DNA from: Selaginella moellendorffii
Taxonomy: Eukaryota; Plantae; Lycopodiophyta
Assembly: GCF_000143415.4 (NCBI RefSeq)
Contig: NW_003314347.1
Span: forward strand, 395,438-459,437
DNA length: 64,000 bases
Direction of reading: 5' to 3'
Positions 1-11,951 of the stretch are shown here, piece by piece (within the stretch, counting starts at the first letter, position 1; every line of letters starts with the position of its first letter). The translations under genes and the position numbers were made by a program. Below the pieces are notes generated by a model. It searched no databases, was not told the DNA's origin, and saw only the letters and a program-made list of their open reading frames with translations.

Positions 1-591
1 ATCCCTTGCGGAGCTCCAGTGGAGGAGGAGGAGGAGGAGCTCCACCCATGAAAGATCTACGTGAGAAGCTGTCGGGACCAATCCCACCTCCAGTGGCTCA
101 ACCCGAGAAGCCTCGTCACAGGCTGCCCTCGACCATTGTCCGCGGTAGCACTGCTGCCTCGGCGTCAGTGGCGCCGCCGAGGCCTGTGATTCCGCGCAGC
201 AATCCACCACCTCCGAAAATCCAGCCAGTAAGTAGCAAAGCCACACATATCCATGCTCGACGCTCATCACTTTTTTGTGCAGGCCTTGGAAAGTGTTGCC
301 TCGTTTTTGACGTCTTTAGGATTGGAAAAGTACTTACTAACGTTCCAAGCGGAAGAGGTGAGTGATAGAATCCACTTTGGAAATTCCGGGGCTAAATGAT
401 GGGTTTTGCAGGTCGATATGACAGCATTGAGGCATATGAAAGATGAAGATCTCAAGGAACTGAATGTTCCCATGGTAAGAACCCACCCACTGATTCTTTC
501 TTCACTTTTGAGACACATCTCATCCTTTCTTCTGGATTGGTAGGGACCAAGGAAAAAAATTCTTCTTGCGCTGGGTAATCGTGCTTCATAG
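1..591 (+). CDS. SAM-domain protein, 3' part (exons approx. ..227, 283-357, 412-472, 544-591)
   Basis: Splicing at GT-AG sites gives ...SFLTSLGLEKYLLTFQAEE/VDMTALRHMKDEDLKELNVPM/GPRKKILLALGNRAS*, a typical SAM domain after a Pro-rich linker. The 5' end lies outside the window. Confidence 0.85.
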
Positions 592-1050
592 GTACCCAAA
601 AGCTCCAGTTTCACTGCAGATGTTTTAATATTTGTTGCTTACCAAGAAATGTCACTCTTTTTTTTTGTGTTTCCTTGTGAAACTTGCGTCCTAGCCCAGC
701 CCACATTTCTGTTGGCTGATCTAACTATCTTTGTCAGTTTGTGACTTGGACAGAAAAACGGCAGCGCATCGAAACTTGGTACTCTCTCTCTCTTAATTTT
801 TTTTTCTCTCGCTTTCGTTTTCTCTTACTATTATATAAGTTTTAATTAAAGCATGTTTGTACAGGAAATCTCACACCAGCAAATCTCACTTTCACGCTAT
901 ATGGGGTGGTCACACATAACTGGAAACAAGGATCAAAGGTCGGTCTCAGTTTGGAAACGCATCGTAAGCAACAGGAAACAACAGTTAAAACAAAGATCAA
1001 CCGCAGCATAAAGAGCACAGGTCGATCCGGAGGCTCGCTCGCTCGCTCGC

Positions 1051-1710
1051 TCAGTCGTAAGGCCCGTTGGGATTGAGCTGCTTGAGAAGGCCAACGTACG
1101 TGAGATAGAGAACCCGGTCCTTGGCCCCGGTGCGGTGGCGGCGGGTGTGCTTGCAGAAGTACTTGAGCTGGTCGAGCGTGCAGAGGCCGAGCGTCTGGGT
1201 GAGCAGCAGGAAGAGCCAGTTGATGTTGCGCTTCTTGGCGTCGATGACGGGCTTGACGCAGTCGCACTGGCGGCACAGCGAGCAGTCGAGCAGCCGGGGG
1301 GACGTCCAGCACTTGGGAGCGCGGTCGTGCATGGAGTCGCGGTAGCTGATGAAATAGTTGTTTACCTGCATGAAGGCGTCCCGGACGTCGAGGTCCACCA
1401 TCTGGGAGCCGTCGCAGCGCTTGCAGATCACCTCGCCGCGGATGCGAGTGATGGCCGAGCTCCAGAGGTAGTCGAGCGAGTGGACATGGGCGCGGTACTC
1501 GCTGGCCCACGGGAATGGAGCGGGGATTCTCTCCGACTTAGGCATGGTGGTGGTGGCGGCGGTGGCGGTGGCGGGGGTGGCGGCGGAGTGTGGCGATGAA
1601 GCTGGCGGCGCTGGCGTTAGAGATGATGCTCCAAGCTCGCGGGGGCTTCTAGTCCTGCTGGGTGGAGACAGTGTGAGCCTGAGAGATTCGTCGTCATCAA
1701 AAATTGGCAT
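1051..1710 (-). CDS. Plant Cys-rich uncharacterised protein (DUF7086-like)
   Basis: Intronless 219-aa ORF with PFPWA..RAHVHSLDYL, GEVICKRC, MHDRAP, CSLC, INWLFLLL, TRRHRTGAKDRVLYLTY, matching a conserved plant family from memory. Confidence 0.75.
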   Translation of the reverse strand: MPIFDDDESLRLTLSPPSRTRSPRELGASSLTPAPPASSPHSAATPATATAATTTMPKSERIPAPFPWASEYRAHVHSLDYLWSSAITRIRGEVICKRCDGSQMVDLDVRDAFMQVNNYFISYRDSMHDRAPKCWTSPRLLDCSLCRQCDCVKPVIDAKKRNINWLFLLLTQTLGLCTLDQLKYFCKHTRRHRTGAKDRVLYLTYVGLLKQLNPNGPYD

Positions 1711-3924
1711 ATGGAAGGAGGAGGTGCAGGATGATTATGGTACCGTGTTAATCAACTTGTGGGATGGAATATAAGCTTGGTGACGAAGGAGCGTGCGTAT
1801 GGGTGTCGTGATTGTGCGTGTGAGAGTACCCTCACCTCCTGCAAGGAAGAATATTTCACTGCCACCAATCAGCCACTTTGTACAGAAAAAAGAGAGCGCG
1901 GGGAAGAGGAAAGAAGGCCTTGCATGTAACATGAGGCGATCGATCCGGGCACGCTGACAAAGGTGGGGATTATGGAAAACAGGTATGGCACGGAGGAGAG
2001 AGAGAGAGAGCGAGCGAGAGAGAGGAGAGCTCTGAGATGATCTCTTCTCTCTCTCGTGATCCAATTCGCAGGGAGGAACTTCTCGGCGAGCTAGAGATGG
2101 ATTTCAAGTTGTGGATCGAAGAAATCGTGCGGGGGCGGCCGTCTCTTTCGATCTTTCGTTCCACGGGTGGACGCTTTTGTCGTGGGGCGCCGTATCACTT
2201 TCAGTGTCACAAACACATTCAAACACTGGCACTTCGAAGAAATAGTGTGGGTCTCTCGCTCACATCAGAAGCTCTCCAGGACAAGAGATCACCACTCGAG
2301 AAAGAGCTGCTCTCAGCATGATGCTATACCTGAGGAAATATCTTTCGGTTCGTTTCGTCGTAAGTGGTGGCGCTGTTCCGTCCCGGTCGCAAAGTATGGA
2401 GCAAGCAGTGGAAATCAAACAGCACTATCTGGCTAGAATCACTTTCTCCTCCTCTTTTTTCTTCTTGTGTTCTTTAGAGGAGAGGAAGAGAGGATGCGAT
2501 AAGAGAGAGAGAGGGAGAGAGAGAGAGGGAGGGAGGGAGGGAGCGAGCAGAGAGACAGAGGCGAGTAATCTTCCAATTTTGTCGATCACATCATCTTGGC
2601 TGCTCCAAGATTAAAATTTGCCGCTTGCGGCGAATCGGAAAGCCAATCGCTCTGCAAAGGGGTAGCGACTGCAAATTGCAAGACAAGTGGCTATAAGAGC
2701 GAAAACAATTGCCGCGATCGAGAGGTAAGAAGCCAGGCATAACACCGAGAAATATTTATAGGGAGGTGGAATTATACGGGATAACGAATCAAGAGCGAGC
2801 AAAGGCTTCTTACCTTTCTATCGCTGTTCTGTGCCTTCACAAAAAAAAAAGGAAAAAAAAATGTTAAATTCACAAAAAGGTAGCTTTTTCTCACTCTTAA
2901 CCATTCCATGTTAAAATGTTGATTCTTTCCAAAGTGACACTGTTAACAACGCCTACTTAGAAAAATCAAAAACTCAAGTCTTAACTCCAAGATGTAAAAC
3001 TAAAAATTTACCATCACAGTGAAAAAAAAATAGAACCCCAAGAAAACATAAACTCTATGCTTGTCACATATTCTCTAGTTTGGTAAAGAGTCAGACAAGG
3101 GACCCTTAAACTTGAGCTCACTTTTACTTTTGAATGCCTGAGAAATAGAGCTGGGGCCATGGATTTTTGTCATGTGAGAGACTTAGTTCATGGTTGTTTG
3201 GGCTGATTTTTTTATGCTATATATATATATATGGTGTCTGGATTGGGAAACCCTAAACCTAAAACCTATCCTAAGAAGAGAGATAAAAAAGGAAAAGTTC
3301 CAATGAAGCACGATTGTTCTTTCCAGCTTGGAAAGGAAAAAAAAGCCAATGCAAGTCAATTTATTCCATGGGCGTGCGGCAATCCTACGGTCGCAACACA
3401 GGCCTCTCGTCGGAACGAAACGATTCGCGGAATATTCTACGCCCCCCGGCAGCGCGGCAAAAAGGGTCACATTACTTTTACTTGATCGTCAAGACAGCGG
3501 CCTATCCACGGTGCTTATAAGTTGGGAAGAAGGTGGCGAGCAATTAGGGTACAGATTCAATCCGAATCGGCCACGTGCCGAATGAGGCCGTGCGACACTA
3601 ACTTCCCACTTTGGCCCGATTGACGTGGACGTATACTCCTACAGTCCTTTTCTTCGTTTCCAAAGCTAGCCAATATTCCAAGCTTCCAGTGTTTGTGCAC
3701 AGGACGCATTTGGCAAAGAAGAAAATGGAAAAAGCTAAGGTGAGCCCCCTATAGGTAGGCGAGTCACACCTCCAGCCTCCAGGTAGTTAGTAGCTATGGC
3801 TAGATTCAAGAGAGAGTGGGGGATACCTAGTAGCTAACTATTTCTCGGCGGGAATCGAGCTTTTTAAGTGGGAAGAATATTCGAGAGCATGCTCATATCG
3901 TCGCCGTCCATTGGATTCCAGGTT

Positions 3925-3945
3925 AAACCCTAGAAATTTAGGGTT
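3925..3945 (+). promoter_or_regulatory. Telo-box-like elements upstream of RPS12
   Basis: AAACCCTAG followed by TTAGGGTT about 300 bp upstream of the RPS12 ATG. Telo-boxes are typical of plant ribosomal protein promoters. Confidence 0.5.
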
Positions 3946-4228
3946 CTTGGCGGGCGGCGGCGAGTTCCTCCGGGGCGAGAGACGAGAGACAAGGTAAGGA
4001 TGCAATGCGCGTGTCCTAATTCTTGGCGGTGCGCTTGGAGAGCGCTCCCGCTGTAAATATGGACATAGATTGTGGCTGTGGGGGATCTTTAGGTGGGCGC
4101 GCTACGAGAGCTCGCAGCGCCCATAAAGCCTCCCCCGACACGCTTGCTGCGGCAGGGGAAATGCTAACTTTTGCCCCTTCTCGTTCTCGCAGTGATTCGT
4201 GCGGGGAAGTAACCGATCGAAAGCAACG

Positions 4229-5012
4229 ATGTCGGACGCGTAAGTATTTTTGCATAGTTCTTGTGTTTCTTTGATTGATATTGTATCTCAACTTCGAAAC
4301 TTCGCATAGTTCTTGTGACGATCTTTGCTTCTCAACGAAGAAACTTTGCATAGTTCTTGTGTTTCTTCGTGGATCTATTGGAAGGGGAGTCTGATCTTTG
4401 TTTCTTTGGTGATGCTGTAGCGACGAACCCATAGGTGAGGCTGCCGCCGAGAAGACGACTCCCGTGCTTGGAGAGCCCATGGATATCTTGACGGCACTCC
4501 AACTGGTGCTCAAGAAATCTCTCGCTCACGACGGTCTCGCCCGGGGTCTCCACGAGGCCGCCAAGTCGATCGAGAAGCACGCTGCGCAGCTCTGCGTCCT
4601 TGCCGAGGACTGCAACCAGGCCGACTACACGAAGCTCGTCCAGGCCTTGTGCGCCGAGCACGACGTCAACTTGATCTCCGTTCCCAGCGCCAAGAAGCTG
4701 GGTGAATGGGCCGGGGTAAGCTTCCCTTTTCCTTCTCCAAGTTCTCTCAAACTTTTCGCTTTGTTCTTGCAGCTTTGCAAGATCGACTCCGAAGGCAAGG
4801 CTCGAAAGGTCGTCGGCTGCTCCTGCGTGGTGATCCGGGTATGTCTCGTGTCACTTGGATTGCTCTCTTCTTTCATCGAAGAACTAGGATTGCTCCGAAG
4901 AACTAGTTTTGGATTCTCCGGGGTTTTGCTTACGAAAGTTTTGGTTCTCCAGGACTATGGCGAGGAGACTGAAGGGCTAAATGTGATCCAAGAGTATGTC
5001 AAGAGCCACTAA
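4229..5012 (+). CDS. RPS12: 40S ribosomal protein S12 (eS12); exons approx. 4229-4239, 4421-4716, 4772-4838, 4954-5012
   Basis: [63 protein letters not shown]; GT-AG introns. Confidence 0.95.
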
Positions 5013-5320
5013 GAAGAAAAAAAAAGAGGAAATAGTCTATAACGTTTGCCGCCGCCGCCATTGTGTTTTTTGGGAAAGAGAATGGAAAAAAAGGGGGACC
5101 TTTTCTTTTATTTGAAGTAACTCCGGGGTTTAAATCGTTTTAGTTTTAGGGAGGAGGAACCCTAGGTGGTTTTTGACTTCCTCTCCGCGGATCGATCAGA
5201 GGTATGGATCCTCGCTCCAGCGCTGCGATCGATTACGGCTGCACTGTCCCCGCTCTGTATCGCTACTCGGATCCACTGTTGGTGTAGCGGTGCTCTCCAT
5301 CGGTGGATTTGAAGCAAGCA

Positions 5321-7011
5321 ATGGACAAGAAAAGGAGTGGCAATGGCGGAGGTAGCGGAGCCGCGGGCAAGAGGCAGCGACTGATCGATGGAAGGAGGCC
5401 TTCCAGGTTCGTATTCTTCGCGGCAGGGATTTGGAAGGATTTCCCCGTGGAAATTAGCGCTGCTCTGTGCGAGGCCTACCGCGCCGGCAGGGAAATCGCG
5501 GAGATTTTCTTTGCGAGCTGTCATCTGGCGGTGTTCTTCGCGCATATGATCCAGCTAAACACCGGGACTGGATACAGGAACTCGATCGGTTGGTTTGACA
5601 GCGATGGAGAGTTTTCCAGCCCGATCCAGCCATTCGAGGGCCCTGGATCGGTCGACGATGTGGAGAAGCTCCTTGGCGGTGGAAAGGCTTCCTTGAGTGC
5701 ACGGCAAGGAAGCTCGATCTCTACCACCGACACGGACGCGGCTTGTTCCGCCGTGGAAGACGAGGGTGGCGAAGTGGAAGACGTGACTTCTAGCCGCAGC
5801 AAGCTCGCCAATCTCGTGGTTTCCAGCGGTGGCAGGCTCGCGAAGCTCGAGGCTGGCGATCCAAAACTCGTCGACGTCAAAGCAGCGTTTCTAGCGGGGC
5901 TCGGGCGACTGTCGGTGGTGGCCGATGTTACTTCGGTGTGCAAAGTTCGTTACGACTGTCCTGGCGGTCAGGCTCGCCGAGAAGCGTTTGAGACGCTCAG
6001 CGATCTCACGGCCAAGGTGCGAGGCGGGGATGCGAATTTGCAGCAGGCTTGGTACGGGTGTTCTCGAAACGAGCTTCTGAGTGTCATCAAGCATGGTTTT
6101 GGACGTCCGTCGGTGGACTCCACCTACGGTGTGGGGATATATCTTAGTCCGGAGAGTCTCTCTCGCCTGAGGTAAGTGCTTATGCTTTGTTTTGCGACGC
6201 GGTGAGACGTGATTGTCTTTCGTTCTTGTGCAGTTGCAGAGGCGCGGATATTGACGAAAATGGCGAGCAGCATGTCTTGCTGTGCCGTGCGATTCTTGGC
6301 AAAGCTGAGCTTGTGCGAGCAGGGAGCAAGCAGTTCCATCCATCCAGCGATTTGGTTGACACCGGTGTTGACAATCTGGCGAATCCGAAACGCTTCATTG
6401 TGTGGAGCACACGCATGAACACGCATATTCTGCCGCTCTACGTTGCCAGCTTCAAGTTTCCACGCAAGTGGCACGGTTAGTAGAAGCTCTCTTTTTTCCA
6501 CTTTCATCGTTTACACCTTGGCTCTTGTTCCCTCGCAGGTATTATGGAGGCATCAGCCAAGTGCAGCAACTCTTCCGAGATCAAGGAGAAAGTAATCGCA
6601 CCGAAGGTGTTTTTCTTTTTCATTTCTTTTTCCTTAATGCTTTAGGAGTAACGTAGTCCAATTTTCTTTGTTTAGCAGTCAAGTGTGACGGTGCCCATGC
6701 TGTTCTCGGTGCTCAAGCCCGAGCTTTCCTCGTCGGAGATGAATATAGTAGTCCAGGATTACTTGGAGCTCAAGGTAGTTCGCTGTTTTCTTGTCGGCCA
6801 AGTCTAAAGTCAATTTATCCTCTTGAAGAATGCTAAGATCTCCCGCGAGGAATTTCTGAAACGGGTGAGGACTCTCATTGGTGACGAGAAGCTGAAAAAA
6901 ATCCAGGAGCAAGTCTTTCGAAGCAGCGTCCTTTGTGGCTTCCTGATATGCCAGAGCCAGAACAAGCTTGCGGAGCATCAGGCTCACAGCGGTGCGAAGA
7001 TCCACATCTAA
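5321..7011 (+). CDS. RCD1/SRO-family protein (WWE-like + PARP-like + RST), multi-exon
   Basis: N-terminal WKDFP...MIQLN...IGWFD (WWE-like); PARP-like AWYG, HGFG, YGVGIYLSP, DENGEQHVLLCRAILG, SKQFHPS, DTGVD, FIVWS..MNTHILP.YV; RST-like ISREEFLKRVRTLIGDEKL. Confidence 0.88.
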
Positions 7012-7201
7012 GATCCAAAGCAGAGCTAAGTTGCAAATTTCCATTTGCTTTCTCCATGTTGTTATGTTGTTTTGTCCACCGTCTGCTGTTTTCAGCGTTT
7101 AGCTTGAAGACACTCTCATCCTTCTGCTCCTTTGTCTTATCTCTTCATCACTATATGAGGTACTTTTTATTCCACAACGCACTCACCTCACTTAGCGCAG
7201 C

Positions 7202-8086
7202 ATGGAGCTTCCACTCCTCAAATGGATCTTGCTGCTAAATCTACTGCGAACTTCGGCTGTCGGGAAGATGGTAATCTTCTCCGAGCCAGGCCGTCTCGAC
7301 AGATCCTCCAGCGACGCACTGCGAGCCAAGTTCTCGGAGATCTCGGCCACAATTCTTCCCAACTCGACTTACAAGGCAGGTAAGTCCTTCTACGGCTCGG
7401 TACTCCCCAGGAACTCGAGCAGCGATGACGCCATCCTCATCAACTTCCACTTCTACGACGAGGCTCTGTGCGATCCTTCCTTCGTCGCCACCGTCCCCGC
7501 GGCTCCCGGAAGCTCCCTGCTCGACAAGTTCGCTCCGGTCGCCAGAGAGGCGCTCGAGCTCGCGGCAGGCTCCGGCTATGGCTCCGGAGTGGTGATCCTC
7601 GGCCAGTTCCAGGTCGGCTACACGATGCAAGGCTCCAGGCTCGTGGGAGGAGCGGACAATTGCACCAAGCTCTCGATGAGCTACAACAATTCTCTCGACT
7701 ACTGCTTTGGCTACCGCAGCGTCCTCCAGAGCCACACTCCGTGGAACCATCTCTACTCGCAGTGCTCGCTTCGATCGCCCAATCACAAGTTCCTCCTCCA
7801 GATGCAAAGCGACTGCAATCTCGTGCTCACCGACACCGATTCCAACGTTGTTTTGTGGGCGAGCGACACTTACCTCGCTGGAAGTGGCTGCTACCTTGCT
7901 CTCCAAGAGGACATGAACTTGGTGATCTACGACGAGCGCCACAGCGCGAAGTGGGCGTCCGGGACGAGCAATTCGAGCCTTGGGCCGACGCAGCTCATCC
8001 TCGGGAGTGATGGGTCGAGCAGGATTTTCCGGAACGATGAGCCAGGGACTGTGATCTGGAAGAACAAGGACAAGAACAAAGAGTAG
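7202..8086 (+). CDS. Secreted protein with C-terminal bulb-type (GNA/B) lectin domain
   Basis: Hydrophobic N-terminus (signal-peptide-like); LQMQSDCNLVL, VLWASDT, LALQEDMNLVIY, KWASGT are B-lectin QxDxNxVxY-type repeats; intronless. Confidence 0.85.
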   Translation: MELPLLKWILLLNLLRTSAVGKMVIFSEPGRLDRSSSDALRAKFSEISATILPNSTYKAGKSFYGSVLPRNSSSDDAILINFHFYDEALCDPSFVATVPAAPGSSLLDKFAPVAREALELAAGSGYGSGVVILGQFQVGYTMQGSRLVGGADNCTKLSMSYNNSLDYCFGYRSVLQSHTPWNHLYSQCSLRSPNHKFLLQMQSDCNLVLTDTDSNVVLWASDTYLAGSGCYLALQEDMNLVIYDERHSAKWASGTSNSSLGPTQLILGSDGSSRIFRNDEPGTVIWKNKDKNKE

Positions 8087-8094
8087 AAAGAACT

Positions 8095-9951
8095 ATGGTT
8101 GTTCTTGTTGTTTGGTGGAACTTGGTATCCTCCTCCTCCTCCTCCTCCCGGAATTGCAGGGACGAGGTCTCAATCGAGCATCTTGCGTCCTTGGTGCGAT
8201 CGTCCAGGGGAGATTTGGCCCAGGCTAGACGCATTCACGCTCTTGTCTCGTCGTCCCGCCATTCGCACAACATATTCTTGGCGAATCTCATCGTGGAGAT
8301 GTATGGAAAGTGTGGATCCATCAAGGAGGCGGTGGCGACCTTCGATTCGATCGCGCACCCGAATGTCTTCTCGTGGAATATAATGCTTCGGGCATATGCC
8401 TGTAACGGGCATCTGCGAGACGCGAGGAGTCTTTTTCTTGTGATTCCCGACAAAGATAGCGTCACCTTTGCAACAATGATGCAAGCTTACGTCGATTATG
8501 GCGAGCTTGATGAAGTGAAGTCCATGTTTGATGCAATGCCAATCAAAGATGTGATAGCGTGGACGACGATGCTAACAGCATATGCCACTACAGGGCATTT
8601 GGAGGAGGCCAAAGCGGTGTTTGATACAATGCCGCAACGCAATGTGGTAACCTGGAATGCATTGCTTGTTGGGTATTCTCGTAATGGGAAGGTGGGGTTT
8701 GCGAAGAAAGTTTTTGATCTGATTCCACGGAAGAACACTTCTTCGTGGAATGCTATGTGTCAAGCGTATGCCGAGAATGGGCATCTTGATGAATCTCGGA
8801 AGCTGTTTGATGCTACGCCAGATCGAGATGTGGTGTCGTGGACGCAAATGGTTGCGGCTTATGTGAAATCCGGAGACTTGAAGGAAGCGAAGAGCCTGTT
8901 TGAGAAGATGCCGGACCGTAATGCTGTGTCGTGGAATGTGATGATCCAAGCTTATGGCGAGAGAGGGGATGTAGATCGAGCAAAAGAGCTGTTTGATAGG
9001 ATGGAGTTTAGAGATGCTGGATCGTGGAACTTGATGCTTTCTGCTTATGCTCAGAACGGGTATCTCAAAGAAGCCAGGGATTTGTTTGAGAGGATGATCC
9101 ACCGGGACGTGGTGTCATGGACGATTTTAGTTGCCGCTTATGCGCGGACGGGGAATTTCTCTGCTTCAAAGGATCTGTTTGATCGAATGCCGAATCGTAA
9201 TGTGGTTTCGTGGAACTGTATGATCCAAGCTTTTGTGGAAGGCGGAAAACTTGAAGAGGCAGAGAAGCTTTTCTCGAGAATGCCTGCAAGGGATTCAGTT
9301 TCGTGGAATGTAATTTTCTCGGGATATGCCAACCAAAGAACTTTGAGAGAAGCTCTGGAGTTTTTCGAGATCATGCCAGCGAAAGACGATGAATTCACGA
9401 AAACCACATTGATCGCCGCGTACGGACGAGCCGGGCAGATTGTTGAAGCCCAGATTATCTTTGATGGGCTCAAAGAGGAGCACAAGGCTTGTGCAGTGCC
9501 TTGGAACGCATTGCTCCATGCGTACGGTCACAGCAGGAGGCTCGAGAAGGCCGCAAAGATCTTTTCCGTACAAAAAAAGAAAGATCTCGTCTCGTGGAAT
9601 ATCATGCTCGCTGCATATACCCAATGCGGATATATACGAGAATGTGAAAGGCTACTTGCCGCGATGCCTTTTCACCACGACATTTTCACCTTGACCACGA
9701 TGGTAACAGCCTATGGTAAAGGTGGCAAGCTGAAACTGGCCAAAGAAACGTTTGAGAAGATCCCTGTTAAGAACCCAGTAGCCTATACTGCCATGGTTTG
9801 GGCATATGCCAAAGCCGGGCATGCTTCGAAAGCAAAGAAGCTGCTCGTTGAGATGCAGGCCGCGTTGCCGTCACCTGGTACGTACGGAGAGATGGACGCT
9901 TCAAATACGTTGTACCACCAGTTCGGAAGCTTGTTCATACATGGAAAGTAA
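8095..9951 (+). CDS. PPR protein (PLS-related, mostly ~31-aa short repeats; no recognisable E/DYW end)
   Basis: Many tandem repeats of the type D/NVVSWNxMxxAYAxxGxxxEAxxLFxxMP; N-terminal NLIVEMYGKCGS. Confidence 0.93.
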   Translation: MVVLVVWWNLVSSSSSSSRNCRDEVSIEHLASLVRSSRGDLAQARRIHALVSSSRHSHNIFLANLIVEMYGKCGSIKEAVATFDSIAHPNVFSWNIMLRAYACNGHLRDARSLFLVIPDKDSVTFATMMQAYVDYGELDEVKSMFDAMPIKDVIAWTTMLTAYATTGHLEEAKAVFDTMPQRNVVTWNALLVGYSRNGKVGFAKKVFDLIPRKNTSSWNAMCQAYAENGHLDESRKLFDATPDRDVVSWTQMVAAYVKSGDLKEAKSLFEKMPDRNAVSWNVMIQAYGERGDVDRAKELFDRMEFRDAGSWNLMLSAYAQNGYLKEARDLFERMIHRDVVSWTILVAAYARTGNFSASKDLFDRMPNRNVVSWNCMIQAFVEGGKLEEAEKLFSRMPARDSVSWNVIFSGYANQRTLREALEFFEIMPAKDDEFTKTTLIAAYGRAGQIVEAQIIFDGLKEEHKACAVPWNALLHAYGHSRRLEKAAKIFSVQKKKDLVSWNIMLAAYTQCGYIRECERLLAAMPFHHDIFTLTTMVTAYGKGGKLKLAKETFEKIPVKNPVAYTAMVWAYAKAGHASKAKKLLVEMQAALPSPGTYGEMDASNTLYHQFGSLFIHGK

Positions 9952-10176
9952 TACATGTTTCTTTTCTGGAAGTTGGGTACCAAGATAGAAGGTGTGGTTT
10001 TGGTTTTGAGGAAAACTCGGTGGTGGGAAGCTCCTGGGCTTGTTTGTAGCCGCTCGGATCTCACGGAGGAAAGAAAGACATCAATCCTTCTCACTTGTAA
10101 GTCTTTTAAGTGTGTTTGTGTAGTTTTGGGAGTTCTTCGCCCGATCAAATCGTGATCAGCTCCGCCTTTTGTGAGA

Positions 10177-10854
10177 ATGGAGGTCCAAGCCTGCGCGGCC
10201 TGCCGGTTCCAGCGGCGGCGATGCAGCCCTGCGTGCCCGCTGGCAAAGTACTTCCCAGCGAGCGAGAACCAGCGCTTCATGAACTGCAAGAAGCTGTTTG
10301 GGGTGAGCAATATGCTCCGGCTGCTCAACCAGGTGTTGGTCAAGGATCGAGACGAGACTATGCAATCGCTCATGTTCGAGGCGGACGTTCGCGAGCAGGA
10401 CCCCGTCCACGGCTGCATGGGGATCATCTGCATGCTGGAGCAGCAGCTGGACAAGCTGCGGCGAGAGTTAGCGGTGGTGAGAGAGCAGCTCCGCTTCTTC
10501 CAGGCCCAAGAACAGCAACAGCAACACAACCACAATCACCATCTTCGTCACCAGCAGCAGCAGCAGCAGCAGCAAGAGGTTCCAGGAGTGATCGATCATC
10601 ACGGCCTGATCAACTTGATGAGCAGCACCAACGTTGATGGTAGTGGCGGCGAGGATTTTGGAAATGGTGGTCACAGCAACGATCATCTCGGGAGCCGGCA
10701 TCACCCGCAGCAGCTTCTAGATGACCGGCAGCAGCAGCAACTTGTGGTGCAGCATTCGAGCTCTTCTTCCTCGGCGGCCGCCAGCTCCAGCACTGTGATG
10801 AACGCTGCCACTGTCGCCGCGGCTGCTGCGAGCTTCCATTATTGTTTCATCTGA
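10177..10854 (+). CDS. LOB-domain (LBD/ASL) transcription factor
   Basis: CAACRFQRRRC...C (CX2CX6CX3C), LAKYFP, KLFGVSN, DPVHGC, Leu-zipper-like segment, Q/H-rich tail. Confidence 0.95.
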   Translation: MEVQACAACRFQRRRCSPACPLAKYFPASENQRFMNCKKLFGVSNMLRLLNQVLVKDRDETMQSLMFEADVREQDPVHGCMGIICMLEQQLDKLRRELAVVREQLRFFQAQEQQQQHNHNHHLRHQQQQQQQQEVPGVIDHHGLINLMSSTNVDGSGGEDFGNGGHSNDHLGSRHHPQQLLDDRQQQQLVVQHSSSSSSAAASSSTVMNAATVAAAAASFHYCFI

Positions 10855-11951
10855 CTGTTCTTAGCATTTGCTCCATCGTCCCCAAATTTCCACAAGAGCA
10901 TGTACGAGCATTCAAGCTTGCAAGTTTAGTTTTTCTTCCCGGTTAAATGCTGCCAGTCTGACGCTCCAGCGAATCGAAGTAGAAGAAGAAAGGAAAAACT
11001 CGGCGGTTTTCATCAGGAGAAAGCATTCTCATTTGGCCGCAGCTTTCTTGCTTTGAATGCAACCAGAGACAAATTCAGTATATCAATCTCATTCATTCAT
11101 AAGTTTTGCCTCATGGCGCTGTGACTATCCTCATTTATATACCGTTTACATGGTGTTATAGCAGCAGGCATGAGGAAGCTGCCCTGATAGCTCCATTGTT
11201 AGAATTTAGTAACCCCTATGATTAGAATCAAATAAGAACAGTTGTGGCTTTATAACTTAAATAGTTGGCATCCTATGGTTTCAAGTGTGAAGACACAATC
11301 CCCATGGAGGTAATAGAGTCTAGAGTCAATGTTCCATGCACGCGTCCTCTTGACTCCTCTAGATGTTTGTCGGATTGGCCATATGCCAATCGTCCTCTTC
11401 TACTCCAATGCTCCAGACTCTGATCAAGGTAATTTTCATTTTTGGGTGAGTGTTGTAGTGAGGATACACTTGGATTGGCTTAGAGAGTTCGTATCCAAGT
11501 CCTTGTCAATCAAAAGGTCCAGCTCCGTTCGGCCGAGCTGCACGGAAGTGTCGAAGTAGAAAATATATGGCCATCCAATAACAAAGATATAGTATAAACA
11601 TGACCATTCATTACCACACTTGTGAAGCCATGTCTACGTTAGTGTCGCCTCCACGAAGAGGGCACGAAGAGAGCTCCCTGAAAGCGCAACGGCGCCAGAG
11701 ACCTCAACCATCAAGGAGGAGGATGGTGGAGGAGTTCCCGGCGCCAATTCATTCGGGCATCGCAGGAAGGACGGGATCACGGAGGTGTTTGTTGGCCATG
11801 TAAGCAGCCTGCAAAGTCTGACCAAGAATTGACCAAAGTTTTGCATTGGTTTATGCAGCATGTGATGTGCTACTAAATATCAGTATTAACTCATATCAAT
11901 ACAGACAAATATATATCAATGCAATAACAAAGTAGATACGATAGACTTGTA

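Noticed and set aside
842-1599. Long overlapping or antisense ORFs over GC-rich genes (also 7241-7942, 49691-50299, 58372-59121)
   Set aside because: Shadow ORFs expected from high GC3 codon usage; no motifs.
2440-2620. Possible miR169-like sequence (CATCATCTTGGCTG) near GA repeats
   Set aside because: Only a partial match and no complementary arm found; the GA tracts are ordinary promoter/UTR microsatellites.
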